Shown here: in pieces, positions 10,607 through 23,256 of the stretch
Position numbering within the stretch: position 1 is the stretch's first letter
Layout of the letters: each line of letters opens with the position of its first letter
Source of the DNA: Zancudomyces culisetae HAW-14-8
Lineage: Eukaryota; Fungi; Kickxellomycota
Assembly: GCA_052426225.1 (NCBI GenBank)
Contig: JBNJNM010000006.1
Coordinates: forward strand, 930,001-994,000
Reading direction: 5' to 3'
Length of the DNA stretch: 64,000 nucleotides
The notes under the pieces: model-generated
What the model was told of the DNA's origin: nothing
Databases searched by the model: none
What the model saw: the letters and a program-made list of their open reading frames with translations, nothing else
Position numbers and translations under genes: made by a program

Positions 10607-13600
10607 TGTGAATGCGTTTTCATTTTTTAGTACTAGTCCAATAGGATTTTCCCAAAAAACTTCCACTAATATCAATCACGGTTCCCTAGAAGGGTGGATA
10701 TTACTGACACAGGATTTACCATTTCTAGCCAGTTAACCACTATCTATAAATCCCTCTCGGAAAGAACACAACTGGACAATTTCCACAATTTTTGGTAAAA
10801 ATAATTTTATTTAAAAGAATTCCTCCCAAAACCTGGAAAATATAGCCTAAATGGCCCTTTCCTTACACTAAAAAAATATTATTACGCCACTCCATATATG
10901 TTTATTTTTACTTTTAGTGTGGTTTTGGTCGGATTTACAAATTTTTCAATTTATACTAATAATTTAATAATATAATTGATTAAAAATAAATCCACTAATA
11001 AAGTATAAAATCGATTCGACTAAAAAATAAATCGATTTATACTATTAAATTGGCTGTAAAATTGACAAAAATTTATGACATGGTCATACTTTTTGTACTC
11101 TAAATTGAATTGCGCAGGAAACAATTTTTTCAAAATTGATTTCTCTGCTATTTTGCTGCAATGAAAGCGGTAAATTTAAGTTGATGCTTTTGCATACTAC
11201 AATGTCCCCCCTCCAGCTTTCGCTCCGTGATCAATTCCTGTATCTTCTGATCTTAGTTCTTAAAGAACTTGGAACTACTTCGGGGACCATTCTTTCTGAA
11301 TACTTGTAGGCCTTTAATCTATCGCCGTTCACTGTATCTATGTTTCCGTCTGGGTCTTTGATCAAATACACGCCTTTCGTGTAACACTTGATGATTTCGT
11401 AAGGACCTTCCCAGATTGGGTCAAACTTGCCTCCAGGTCCACTTATTCTTTTTAATACTAGGTCTCCTTCTTTGAACTGATAACGCTTTACCACTTTGTC
11501 GTATCTCTGCTTCATTACTGACTTTGACTTTGCGTTATTTTCCATGGCTTTTTCTCTCATCTTTGGAATACTGATCTGCACGACTCTCATTCTCTGCAAT
11601 ATCTCTTCCTCTAAGTTATCAATTTCAGCCGGCGGCATCCAAGTTGATGGTGTTTGCATTTTTACACCATATAACATCTCTGATGGACTGAACCCAGTAG
11701 ATCTGTTTTTCATTGATCTAACAACCAGTAGGGCTTTCCAAATATAACTATCCCAGTTGTCTCTGTCCATTACGCATATTTTTGCTAAGACATTCTTAAA
11801 TGTTTTATGAAATCTCTCGACTTGTCCGTTAGTCTGAGGCCTGAAAGCAGTAGTTGGTGTGTGTTTTATTCCCAACTGCTTGTATAACTCCGTAGTTATT
11901 TCTGATACAAATGAACTGCCTCTGTCTGAAATTAACTGAGTTGGTACTCCAAACTCCTGTACTACCTTACTTAACAGAAATTCTTCGATGGTTTCTGACT
12001 GGAAATTTGTTACTGGTACCGCAATGGGCCACCTAGTAAAATAGTCTATCGCTGTGATGATAAATCTATTCCCAGATTTTGATATAGGGTTAATGGGTCC
12101 TACTACATCTATACCCATGATTTGGAATGGTGCAGGCGCAATTATCGGATGCATTTCCGTTCTTCTAAATTCGCCTTCTTCATATTTTTGGCACCGTTCG
12201 CATTCTTGTACCACTTCTTCTACAATTTTACGCAAGCCTCTTCCTACATATTTATTTTTCACTCTATTGAGAGTGTTTAGAATCCCTTCGTGTCCTTCTT
12301 CATGAATTTCTCTTATCATTAACTTAGCATTGTCGCTGTGTAACACTTCTCGGATTCCTGATTCCCTAGAGTACTTGCATACTTTACCGTTTACTAGTTT
12401 ATACGGCTTTGCTCTTTTTCTTAGCTTGGCTCTGAACTCCTCATCAGCTCGTAGCGGGTAGCTGAAATCTCTGAGGTAGTTCTCAATGGCTTTATGATGT
12501 AAGACATCGATTACCATTAGTTCCTCATACTTTGTTATCTTGTTTTCTTTTTCTCCGGTCTCTACGTTCCTGGATAAATAATCAGTAGGATTATTTGGAC
12601 CGCGGCAATGCTCCAATTCAAAGTCGTACTCTCTTAGGAACATGGCCCATCTAGCGACTCTTCGATTTAACTCTTGAGAATCAAAAACTTTTAACAATGC
12701 CATATGGTCGGTTCGAATCTTGAACCTCTTTCCATACAGGTAGTGCTTAAACTTTTTGACTCCCCAAACTACTGCCAATCCTTCCAAGTGTGTGATTGAG
12801 TAGTTCTGTTCATGCCTGTTGTTTGTTCTACTGGCATATGCTATGGGTCTTTCTTCCCCATTTTGTACTTGGGATAGAATTGCCCCCAATCCAATTCCAG
12901 ATGCATCCGTTGTGAGTATAAATGCCTGTTCCCAATTTGGGTGTGCCAGAGTCGGTGCTTCTGTTAGTTTTTTAATTAGTGTTTTAACCGACTCTTCACA
13001 ACTTGCGCTCCAAGTCCAGGGTACGTCCTTCTTTAATAGCTTCGTAAGCGGCTTTACTATCAATGCGTATCCCTCTATAAATTTTCTGTAGTAACCTGTG
13101 AGCCCCAAGAACAATTGAATCTCTTTGACGTTCCTTGGTGCGGTTACTTTTTCCATGACCTCTATTTTATTCTTGTTGGTAGAAATGCCATGTTTAGAGA
13201 CCGTATATCCCAGATACTTGATTTCGGTCTTTGCAAACTCAGATTTTTCTTTGTGGAGCTGCACCTTGTGTTGCTTCAATAACTCAAACACTTCTCTAAG
13301 GTGTTGAGTGTGGTCTTCTGTGTTCTTTGAATAGATGATTATGTCATCTACAAAAACAATAGCAAACTTCCAGAGTAGTTTTGCCAGTACTCGTTCCATC
13401 ATCTTTTGGAATGTTGCCGGACTATTGCATAATCCAAACGGCATTACATTATAGCAATACATACCATCACCTGGTAATGCAAACGCGGTCTTGTGTTTAT
13501 CCGCGCTGTTCATACGTACCTGCCAGAATCCACTCATGGCATCGACTACACTGAATACTCCTGCTTCTCCGAATGCTGCCAGTATGTCGTCAATTATGGG

Positions 13601-16600
13601 TAGAGGATAAAGATCTTTTCTGGTAATCATGTTGAGTTTGCGGTAGTCAGAACAGATCCGAAGTTTTCCATTTTTCTTTTTGACTACAACTACCGGTGCA
13701 CACCAGTCTGATTGACATGGCTCTATGATCCCTCTTTGTTCCATAATTTTTAGTTCTTCCCTCACCTGTTCCCTTAGGTGGTGAGCTATTCTGTATGGTC
13801 GCACTCTTACTGGGTTTGAATCTCCAGTATCAATACTGTGTTCCAACACATTTGTTTGCTGGAGTTCTAGCAAGTCATCCACGAATATCTCCGCATACTC
13901 TTTGAGCACTTCTGCAATATTTTCTGGTAGTTTTTCTTTCTGTTCGCGGTTATCGACTTCCTTGATCATCGAGTAGTATTCATACTCGTTTGTCTGTTTT
14001 GGACCATCTGTTTCAGTTATCATCAGTGAAACTACAACGTCCCCTTCTACCGTTGGTAAGAGCAGCTCCATGTTGCTCAAATCGATGTTGGCCTGGTGTT
14101 TCAGTAACCAATCTGCTCCCAACACCATCCTGTTTAATCCTCCTTCCATAACTACTAAATCTCCTGGGAAGATGAACCCTGCTATAACAAATGGAACATC
14201 TCTGATTATTCCCAGTGTCTCATGCTTGGTGCCATCAGCGGTTATGAGCATTGAGTGATCTTTTTGCTCAATTTTTAAACCTAACATGTCCATAAATTGC
14301 TCTGAGATTACTGAACATGCTGCACCTGTATCAATAACTGTGAGCTGGTGCTTTCCAAATACTTCAATGTAAGCTTTGCAGTTTGTGGTGGTTGTCCTAT
14401 CTTCTACAATGGTGTTCAGCTCCTTGGCTTCTATCTTCTTAAAGAGATCGACCAACTCTTTCCTGATTTCGGGTGAAGACTGTAACAGTTGACCAAGTGA
14501 AATATCTGGTTTTAATTTATCCAACTCTGAACCTATCGAAAACTTTTGAATGTTCTCCGATAGTCTAATATCCATTTTCTTCCTAACTCTTAGGGTAGCT
14601 GGTTTGATTACTGGCCCCGTCTTGTTAGGTTCTTTTTGTGCCATACGGATTTTTGCATGAGCTGGCTGAAAATCCATGCCATTGTTTTCGTCTCTCTTCC
14701 GTTTGTCCACTGCATAGAGTTCCGTATCTTTGTTTCCATCTGTTTTTCTTTCTATCTCTATGCAGTTAATTTCTTGTTTTTGGTCCTTCTGCCTCTTGTA
14801 GCACGCTGCGGCCTCATGCCCTGGCCTTTTGCAGTATGTACATTCCACTTTCTTGAACGGTCTTCTTGATTGTGGAGCAGACTTTTCAGAGTAATTTGGT
14901 CTCTTTTCTAATCTAGCTAGGAGATTAAGTGAAAGCTCGTCAAACTTTTTAATCAACGCCTCGTACATATCTGGACCCTCATTAGATTTATGTACCTTCA
15001 TCACCTTCCTACTAGTGCTTTTTGGTTTTTCTGATGTTTCCCTGACAGTAGGTAATATTTTCTCGACATCCTCTTCTGCCTGGATTATTGCTATGGCAGA
15101 TTTGACATCCTTAACTTTGGCTATTAAAATTTGCCTTTGATACTTGGGGTTAAGAGCGTCTACAAAAAACTTGAGTCTGATCCGTTCGACTTTAATATCG
15201 ACTGTTGAGACCAGTTTGCTGAACTCCGTCTCGAAATCTTCAAAGTCGAGGTAGTCACTTTGTTTAAGACTTTGCAGTTGATTCCACGCTCGTGCCTCTC
15301 TGTCTTTACCTTCAAACTTTTCCAGGAATTCCTCACGAATTTTTTCCATTTTTCTAGTTTAGACTTATTGATCTTGTACCATCGAAGGTCTTTCCCCGTT
15401 AAAAACAATTCTAAGAAATCAATCTTGTCTTTTTCCATCCAGCTGTTGATCCTAGCCATTAGCTCATACCTATCGAGCCATTCTTCCACGTTTGTAGTAG
15501 TGTTGCTATCGAACATTGCTACATCTGGAATTCCTCTGTTGAACGTAAAATTCATATTTAGAGGTATTCGGTCAGTTGTTGGTTCAGGAGCGCTCGTCTC
15601 CTGTATTTCGACCTCCTCTGATTCATCATCAGTAGTATCCTCTCTCTACTTTTCTGCTCTTTTACTAAACATTTTGATTTTGTTGTTAAACTTTAAATAA
15701 TTGATAATTTTTTGTTATTTTGTAATTTTATAAATTTTATATTTTTATGTTTTTATGTTTAATTTTTTAACAATATTTTTATTATATATTATTTTATTAT
15801 AATAATTATTTTTTTTATTATTTTTATTTGTATTTTTACTAATATTTAAATATATTTTTAATGTAATATATATTGTTGTATTTTAGTATTGTTTAGAAAA
15901 CTTGTTAAACCGTTGTAAGTTGGATATACTTTTAGATATATAGGATTTAATTTCGATTTTGTTTGATTTGGAGTCTTATTTGATTTTTAGTATTTCGACT
16001 CAATTAATTTTAATTTTTAATTTCTTTGCTGGTTTTGATTAGTTTTACTTTGTTTTAATTTGGACTGTGGCCCTGCTTTATATCTGCTCTGTTATTCCGA
16101 CTTGTATTCATTAAATTTAATTCCCAATTTAAGATACCAAAAGTTCAGTCAGTTTTGAAGTGATGAACAGTTTGGGTTTGATGTTTTACCCAACTCCCGA
16201 ACGGTTTGGAAGGGAGGACCTCCCCGCCCAAATGATTGGACATCGGATTTGTTTTACCCCCATTTCATATTTCCACCTAGATCTTTTGAACGTTGGAGGG
16301 ATTTAATCTAGTGTGATAAAAGATTATTGATTTAATCTTTTCAGTATGTTTCGGTTCCGAATAATATTAACTAGTAAGTAGAAACTTGTTAAATGATATT
16401 TACCGTTCTGAAGACGCGCCGCTCTAACAGAACTCATAAGACGACCATAATGTGCATCTTACTTTGTTACCACTATTGGGTTTGGTTGAAATAAATAATA
16501 AATTCTACCGCTCCCTAGCCCCTAGGGAATGTTGAACTTACATCACCCAATTGACTGTAGAATACCTAGGAATTGACCTCCATGGTATCTATAACTCTTG

Positions 16601-16649
16601 GAGATTTGGCTCTCCGTAATTGATTATAATAATACCCCTAATTAACTTA
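10607..16649 (-). mobile_element. Ty3/gypsy element 3 with 3' LTR (10607-11201) and a long AT-rich leader; 5' LTR missing
   Basis: Polypurine tract GGAGGGGGG then TGTAGTATG on the minus strand at 11201; 1372-aa ORF; the leader ends at a Tc1 terminus. Confidence 0.88.
11231..15555 (-). CDS. Gag-Pol polyprotein (11231-15349), with the gag N-terminus in another frame (to 15555)
   Basis: CTYCKRPGHEAAAC, IDTGA, FVDD, RNase H, HHCC-DDE integrase, WEGPY; frameshift in A-runs near 15345. Confidence 0.92.
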
Positions 16650-17824
16650 CAGTGCGTTTTAATAATGTCTTAAAAAAATGAATATTTTTCAAAGTGATAT
16701 ATCTCGCTCAATAATATCCAATAAAAATAGATATTATTTATTTATAATGAACAATTGATAATTTTAAACTGTTTTATCTGTTATTATATTGGTTAAAAAT
16801 TCATTAAGTAATTGATATATGCAAAAATTTTAAAATGAGGCAATTTTGGGAATATTACAAAAAAAATTTAAACTATCATAACTTTAAGAATTCAAAATTA
16901 TAAATTTTTAAACTTTTACATATAATAGTATATAAAAATATAATATTAATTAAACATTTAATCATTTAAAAAATAATATCTGAACTACGTAAACTTGATA
17001 TAAATAACGCGATACTTATAGGCAGAAACATTGACCGAATTATTATAGAACATGGAGTTAGTAAAGCAACAATATACAGAATTAAAGCAGCAATGAATAT
17101 CAATTTACCGGCTAATAAACGCGGTCGTCAATCGAAGCTTTCACCCCAAAGAAAGCATATATGTACTAGGATGATATTATCTGGAGAGTATCGATCTGCT
17201 GCTTCGGTACAAAAGAAGTTAGAAATAAATCTTATTGTTTGAGCAAGTAAGGCTACAATATGTAGGGCTTTTAATGATCTAAAAGCCGTTGCAAAAAATA
17301 TAACCTCCAAACCGAAACTGAGCCTTAAAAATATTGCAAAAAGGTTGAGATTCGCAAAATCTCATCGCCACTGGACTACTGATGATTGGAGACGAGTAAT
17401 TTGATCCAACGAAACTAAAATCAACCGATTTGGATCTGATGGAAATGAATGGACTTGGGTTTGTGATGGTGTGAGTCTACAGCCGCACAATATTAACCAG
17501 ACCGTAAAACACGGTGGAGTATTATTGATGATTTGGGGATGCATCACAGCATTTGGAACTGGCTACATGTGCCGAATAGTAGGAACGTTAAACAAGGAAG
17601 ATTATTTAAACATTTAAAAGACGAGCTTAGCAATACAATCAAGTACTACAAGTTGGATCTCAAGTCAATAATATTTCAACATGACAATGATCCTAAACAT
17701 ACCGCAAAGTTAGTTACCAGCTGGCTTGAAAACCAGGAATATAATACATTGGACTGGCCGCCACAATCTCCAGACTTAAACCCAATCGAAACTATATGGG
17801 CAATCATCAAAAGACGCCTAAATA
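16650..17824 (+). mobile_element. Tc1/mariner transposon copy A1, 3'-truncated, defective transposase
   Basis: TA|CAGTG terminus; FQHDNDPKH and WPPQSPDLNPIE motifs; stops and a frameshift. Confidence 0.9.
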
Positions 17825-19140
17825 CAGTGAGTTTCAAAAATGTCTCAAAATAATGATATTAATTTTCAAAGTGTAATATCTCGCTCAATAAAATCCAGAA
17901 TTTAGATAATTTTATAAAATATATTGCACAATTGGTATAATTTAATTTTATATAAATAGTATTATTATTGGTTATAAATTCATTATAAAATTATAAACTG
18001 AAAAAATTTTAAAAATGAGACAATTTTGGGAATTTTTCAAAAAAAAACTTTAAAATTCTGTCCACCTTCCTTTAGACTTGATAACTGCCTCAACTCTTTT
18101 GGGCATACTATCTATAAGACCAAGTATTGTTTCCACTGAAATTAAATTCCATTCCGTTTCTATTCGCTTCCATAATTCGATCATCCCGGACGGAGGTTTA
18201 CTGTATCTATTTAGGCGTATTTTGATGATTGCCCATATAGTTTCGATTGGGTTTAAGTCTGGAGATTGTGGCGGCCAGTCCAATGTATTATATTCCTGGT
18301 TTTCAAGCCAGCTGGTAACTAACTTTGCGGTATGTTTAGGATCATTGTCATGTTGAAATATTATTGACTTGAGATCCAACTTGTAGTACTTGATTGTATT
18401 GCTAAGCTCGTCTTTTAAATGTTTAAATAATCTTCCTTGTTTAACGTTCCTACTATTCGGCACATGTAGCCAGTTCCAAATGCTGTGATGCATCCCCAAA
18501 TCATCAATAATACTCCACCGTGTTTTACGGTCTGGTTAATATTGTGCGGCTGTAGACTCACACCATCACAAACCCAAGTCCATTCATTTCCATCAGATCC
18601 AAATCGGTTGATTTTAGTTTCGTTGGATCAAATTACTCGTCTCCAATCATCAGTAGTCCAGTGGCGATGAGATTTTGCGAATCTCAACCTTTTTGCAATA
18701 TTTTTAAGGCTCAGTTTCGGTTTGGAGGTTATATTTTTTGCAACGGCTTTTAGATCATTAAAAGCCCTACATATTGTAGCCTTACTTGCTCAAACAATAA
18801 GATTTATTTCTAACTTCTTTTGTACCGAAGCAGCAGATCGATACTCTCCAGATAATATCATCCTAGTACATATATGCTTTCTTTGGGGTGAAAGCTTCGA
18901 TTGACGACCGCGTTTATTAGCCGGTAAATTGATATTCATTGCTGCTTTAATTCTGTATATTGTTGCTTTACTAACTCCATGTTCTATAATAATTCGGTCA
19001 ATGTTTCTGCCTATAAGTATCGCGTTATTTATATCAAGTTTACGTAGTTCAGATATTATTTTTTAAATGATTAAATGTTTAATTAATATTATATTTTTAT
19101 ATACTATTATATGTAAAAGTTTTAAAAATTAAAAATTAGA
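17825..19140 (-). mobile_element. Tc1/mariner transposon copy A2, inverted and near-identical to A1
   Basis: TA|CAGTG TIR at 17825; transposase C-terminal ORF 18050-18499 ending VIKSKGRWTEF; about 18210-19130 is the reverse complement of about 16900-17823. Confidence 0.9.
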
Positions 19141-19144
19141 ATAC

Positions 19145-22100
19145 TGTCTTGAAATGATTCTAGTATGTTTGAAAACGTACTAGAATCATCTGTTTTTATT
19201 CCGCAGTAATGTTTAGAATGTTGGGCAACATTCTAGAACATTACCGAAAATTCACTTTATTTCTTAATTTTTCTTACGTAATAATTTTCACATTTTTAAT
19301 TTAACAGCATTCGAATTTGATTTTTATTTGATTACTAATCCAATTTGATTAGTAATTAAACACGTTTTACTTTAACTTGCATTTTTAGCTATTCAGCAGT
19401 TTTCATAGTGATTTTGTTCAAAAACCAAGGCTGGAAAAAAGTATAAAAAGGGTACAATTTTCCTGTCTTGGATTCAGTATCTATTATCTGTATTAATTCA
19501 TAAAATATCTTAATACTAAATACCACTTTCTTTTGACTCCAGATCTTGACACTTTGTGCTTACTCCTAGTGACTTTTTGAACTTATTACTATTCTTATTA
19601 AAATTCTATTTTCAGAAACAACTTTCTTTAAAAACCTAATTTTTGTCATAATACGAATCTGAAATAAGACAGTATAATATGCGTCTAAAAATCCAGAAAA
19701 CCATGAATCAGAAATATAACCCTGACTACATCGAAGCAATGATGATTGATGCTGCTTTTGAACAGCCTATCAGAACTCCAACGGTTGAAACTACAACCGA
19801 GCATCAGCCTCCCAGAGTTGGAACAACCGTTATACCACCACCACTTAGTGCCAATATAACCCTCCTGACATTTTCTCCTGAAAGATTTAGGCTTCCTGAC
19901 ATGACTACTTTTGACGGGTCGCCATCTGGCTATCGCCCTTTTATGTCCTCCATGACATATCAATTCTGGGTCAGAAGTAGTATGTTGACCACTGATCAAC
20001 TCAAGATCCAATTCTTGGGCGCACACTTTACTGGTGCAGCAAGTGTCTGGCTTGGCGAATTAATTTCCAGAAACTCTGAAACTTTAAACAACTATAATAG
20101 CTTTCTAACCGCATTCCAATCGTACTTTTCTGACCCTTCCATCGAAATCGACGCCACAAATCAACTCCGCCGACTCCGCCATAAATCAGGTACTGTAGCT
20201 GAATATTAGCAAAATTTAGACAGATAGCCAATGATACGGGGTTTTATCAAAAGGCATTAATCGACCAGTATCTGCGAGGGCTTGCTCCACGAGTTGTTGA
20301 CATACTAATCCTGGAAGACATCCCAACCACGTTAGAAGCCACCATCATCAAATACACAAGAATAGGCCATCGGTTATCTACCAGAGACAGCATTAACAGT
20401 AGTGACTTGCCCAGGGCTGCGTTTGTAAGGCATTATCCCAGGGATCCGAACGCCAAGGATGTTGACTCCCTGAGGGTAAAGGGTAAACTAAATCATTAAA
20501 AAAGAGCTCGCAGAATGCGTCTTGGCCTCTGCATTTATTGTGGAGAAAAGGGGCACCTATTAAAAGACTGCCCAAAAAGAAACATTCAGGGAAAAGTTAC
20601 TGTCCAGAACTAGATGGGAATATAGTTTTGGACTGCCATAGCATTTTAACAGACAATATTGATCAATCTTTAGTCAATATCAAATTAACATTAAATAAAG
20701 TGGAAATATCAACCATTGCTCTTATTGACTCCGAAGCGAGCTCCACCTTTATAAGTGACCAGTTTTTGAAAAACAATTTTGTTCATACACACAAGACACA
20801 CAGGGAGATAAGAGTAGAAACAGTTAGTGGTAGACCTTTAATGGCAACCCCGGTAAAGCTTAAAACTGAATCATTATTAGTAACATTCGTTAAACAAAAA
20901 AATCAGGAACGCATTTAATTTTGAATGATCTAGTCAAAATATGCTCTTAAATCTCGATTTTATATGGTGGTGCATTTGCTCCACAAGTAAAGTATGAGCA
21001 CATGAATAATTTTTTAGATTCTAGTTGCATGTAGAAAAATGCACAATTGAGACTGAAACGGCAGATGTAGTATTTAACACTGATATTTTTACAGTTACTA
21101 GCTCTGACTTTGGAGAGGCAAATTTTTTCTACTGAACATAAATATGGGAAGAAGCTATAAACAAAAAAAGTAAACTAAAGGCAATTCAGATAGAAGCTTA
21201 GATATCGAAAATCAGTATTAAGTCGAGGACAAAATTGAAGAAGAACCATTACAAAAGGTTCCGGTAGAATAAGATGATCTAAAGATTTTAATTTAATAGA
21301 ATATGGCAAACTCATTACTTCACAGCAGGTCGTACGACTGTCCAATTGACACTAGCAATCAATTAGTTACATTGGGGACGTATATATACCTTAACCGAAC
21401 GGAAAATCAAGAATATCACGATACGTAAAAGAGAATCGCAAAAAAAAATATTAGAAGCGCTAGTTCCCAAACATCATCCCCTGTAACATTTATTATAAAG
21501 AAGTCGGAGCATATTCTATGCGTCGGTTATAGGAACCTATTTTCTTAAAAATATATAAGCTATCCACTGTTAGGAATTATGTCAAAATAATTTACGTTTA
21601 CATATTCCCCATGACCAATTCAAGAAGGTTACATTATGAAGTTGTAAACAATTACATAATATAAAATGTAACTATGTACAATTTATTAAGTAATCTAACC
21701 AAGTCAAGTAATAATGAAAATCGTGATGAAATTTGTTAGTAATGGCCAATTCCCGGAACATAATTTTTAATTTCATTTTGGCCTACTAAAAATTTAACAT
21801 AATATATTATTCATTTCCGATTTCAAATATGCCATTCCGGTATTGGAATCATATTTGCGTAATTCACCATTATAACAACAATTGTGTTATTTGGAAAATT
21901 AATAAGAAAATAAAGAAAATTATCAATGATTAATTTTACAAAATTCATGATAAAATTAATAAATAAAACAATGTTTAAATTGATCTACAAATTGAATGTT
22001 AAAATATATAAACTAAATATATATTATAATCTACAAATGAAAACGATAAGTCTAACTATAATAGATACCTTAAACTATTTCAATTTTACATAGTCAAATT

Positions 22101-22772
22101 TATCGCTAAAATTAAAGTCTTGTAGATTTATCATTGTAAATATCTCTGAAGAAATTTTAAATATACTCTTCAGAATTCTGTTAGGATAAGTAGGGAAAAA
22201 CATAATTATGTAACTCATCTAATAATATATTTTTCTAAATACCTACTTCTTCAAAAAAATATTAATCAAGATTGTCTAACTCACATTCCACAGTTATAAG
22301 CACTCATTGTCTATAACAATCCGCATTCCGATGGTCAACTGAACCCACCAATCAAATACTGGAACAGTATTTGAGTAGTTTTGTTAACTATCAACAAGAT
22401 AATTGGTGTCAGTTGCTTCCAATGGCTGAGTTTGCTTACAAAAATGCAACTCACGCTAGTACCAAGGTTAGTCCATTTCATGCTAATTATGGGTATAATC
22501 CCCAGTTTATTATTAGCAACCTCAATGATTCCAATGTACCAAGTGCTCAGGAGTTTGCTAGTCATCTGCAAACTATTCAAACTGAGTTAAAACTACACCT
22601 AAGTAAGGCCAAGGAAAACTAGAAGAGGTTTGCTGATCGCAAAAGAAACCCTCAAGTTGTTCTCACTCCTGGAGATAAGGTTTGGTTGTCTCAAACTAAT
22701 CTTAAAACCATGAGACCATCTCAAAAATTGGAGTACAAATACATCGGACCATTTGAAATCATTGAGATGGTT
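19145..22772 (+). mobile_element. Degraded Tf/chromovirus-like Ty3/gypsy element with 5' LTR at 19145-19551
   Basis: Retrotransposon-gag-like ORF 19679-20209; protease remnant LIDSEASSTFI (20538-20918); integrase C-terminal remnant NWCQLLPMAEFAY...SPFHANYGYNP and KLEYKYIGPFEI (about 22310-22770); TATAAAA at 19442. Confidence 0.82.
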
Positions 22773-22845
22773 TACTGTTTTGATTACACATGTATCATAT
22801 CATTATTTTATATTATTACAAACGTAATTTATTAATAAAATTGAT

Positions 22846-23256
22846 TGTCAAGATCTGGAGTCTGGAGAGTTATATTTATTATTATTAAATTTAATTGTAT
22901 GAATGTATACAAGATACTAGATACTGAATCCAAGACAGGAAAATTGTACCCTTTTTATACTTTTTTCCAGCCTTGGTTTTTGAACAAAATCACTATGAAA
23001 ACTGCGGAATAGCTATAAATGCAAGCTAAAGAAAAACGTGTTAGATTACTAATCCAATTTGATTAGTAATCAACAAAAATCAAACTCTAATGCTAATAAA
23101 ATTAACACGTGAAAATTATTACGTAAGAAAAATTAAGAAATAAAGTGAATTTTCGGTAATGTTCTAGAATGTTGGGCAACATTCTAGAACATTACTGCGG
23201 AATAAAAACATATGATTCTAGAACGTTTTCGAACATTCTAGAATCAGTTCATGACA
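22846..23256 (-). repeat. Solo LTR of the Tf-like family, opposite orientation, 5-bp TSD TTGAT
   Basis: Reverse complement of 19145-19551; TTGAT at both 22841-22845 and 23257-23261. Confidence 0.92.

Larger units (their letters stand above)
1..11201. repeat. Left LTR stack: units 1-269 (partial), 277-671, 674-1064, 1069-1291, element 1 (1295-6526), 6532-6753, element 2 (6757-10601), LTR 10607-11201
   Basis: Units start TG and end CA (one ends TA); spacers are TGTGTTG, GT, GTGT, GTG, TGTGT, GTG, TGTGT. Several units recur elsewhere: 277-671 resembles 29890-30285, and 674-1064 resembles the reverse complement of 48783-49175. Confidence 0.9.

Noticed and set aside
7356-15700. Antisense ORFs over gag-pol (e.g. 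8538-9017, 15260-15700; also 37324-37857)
   Set aside because: Shadow frames of the polyprotein with no independent motifs.
19145-23256. DIRS-like element with inverted terminal repeats
   Set aside because: The right repeat has its own 5-bp TSD, so it is an independent solo LTR. The interior encodes a protease and DDE-type integrase remnant, not a tyrosine recombinase.
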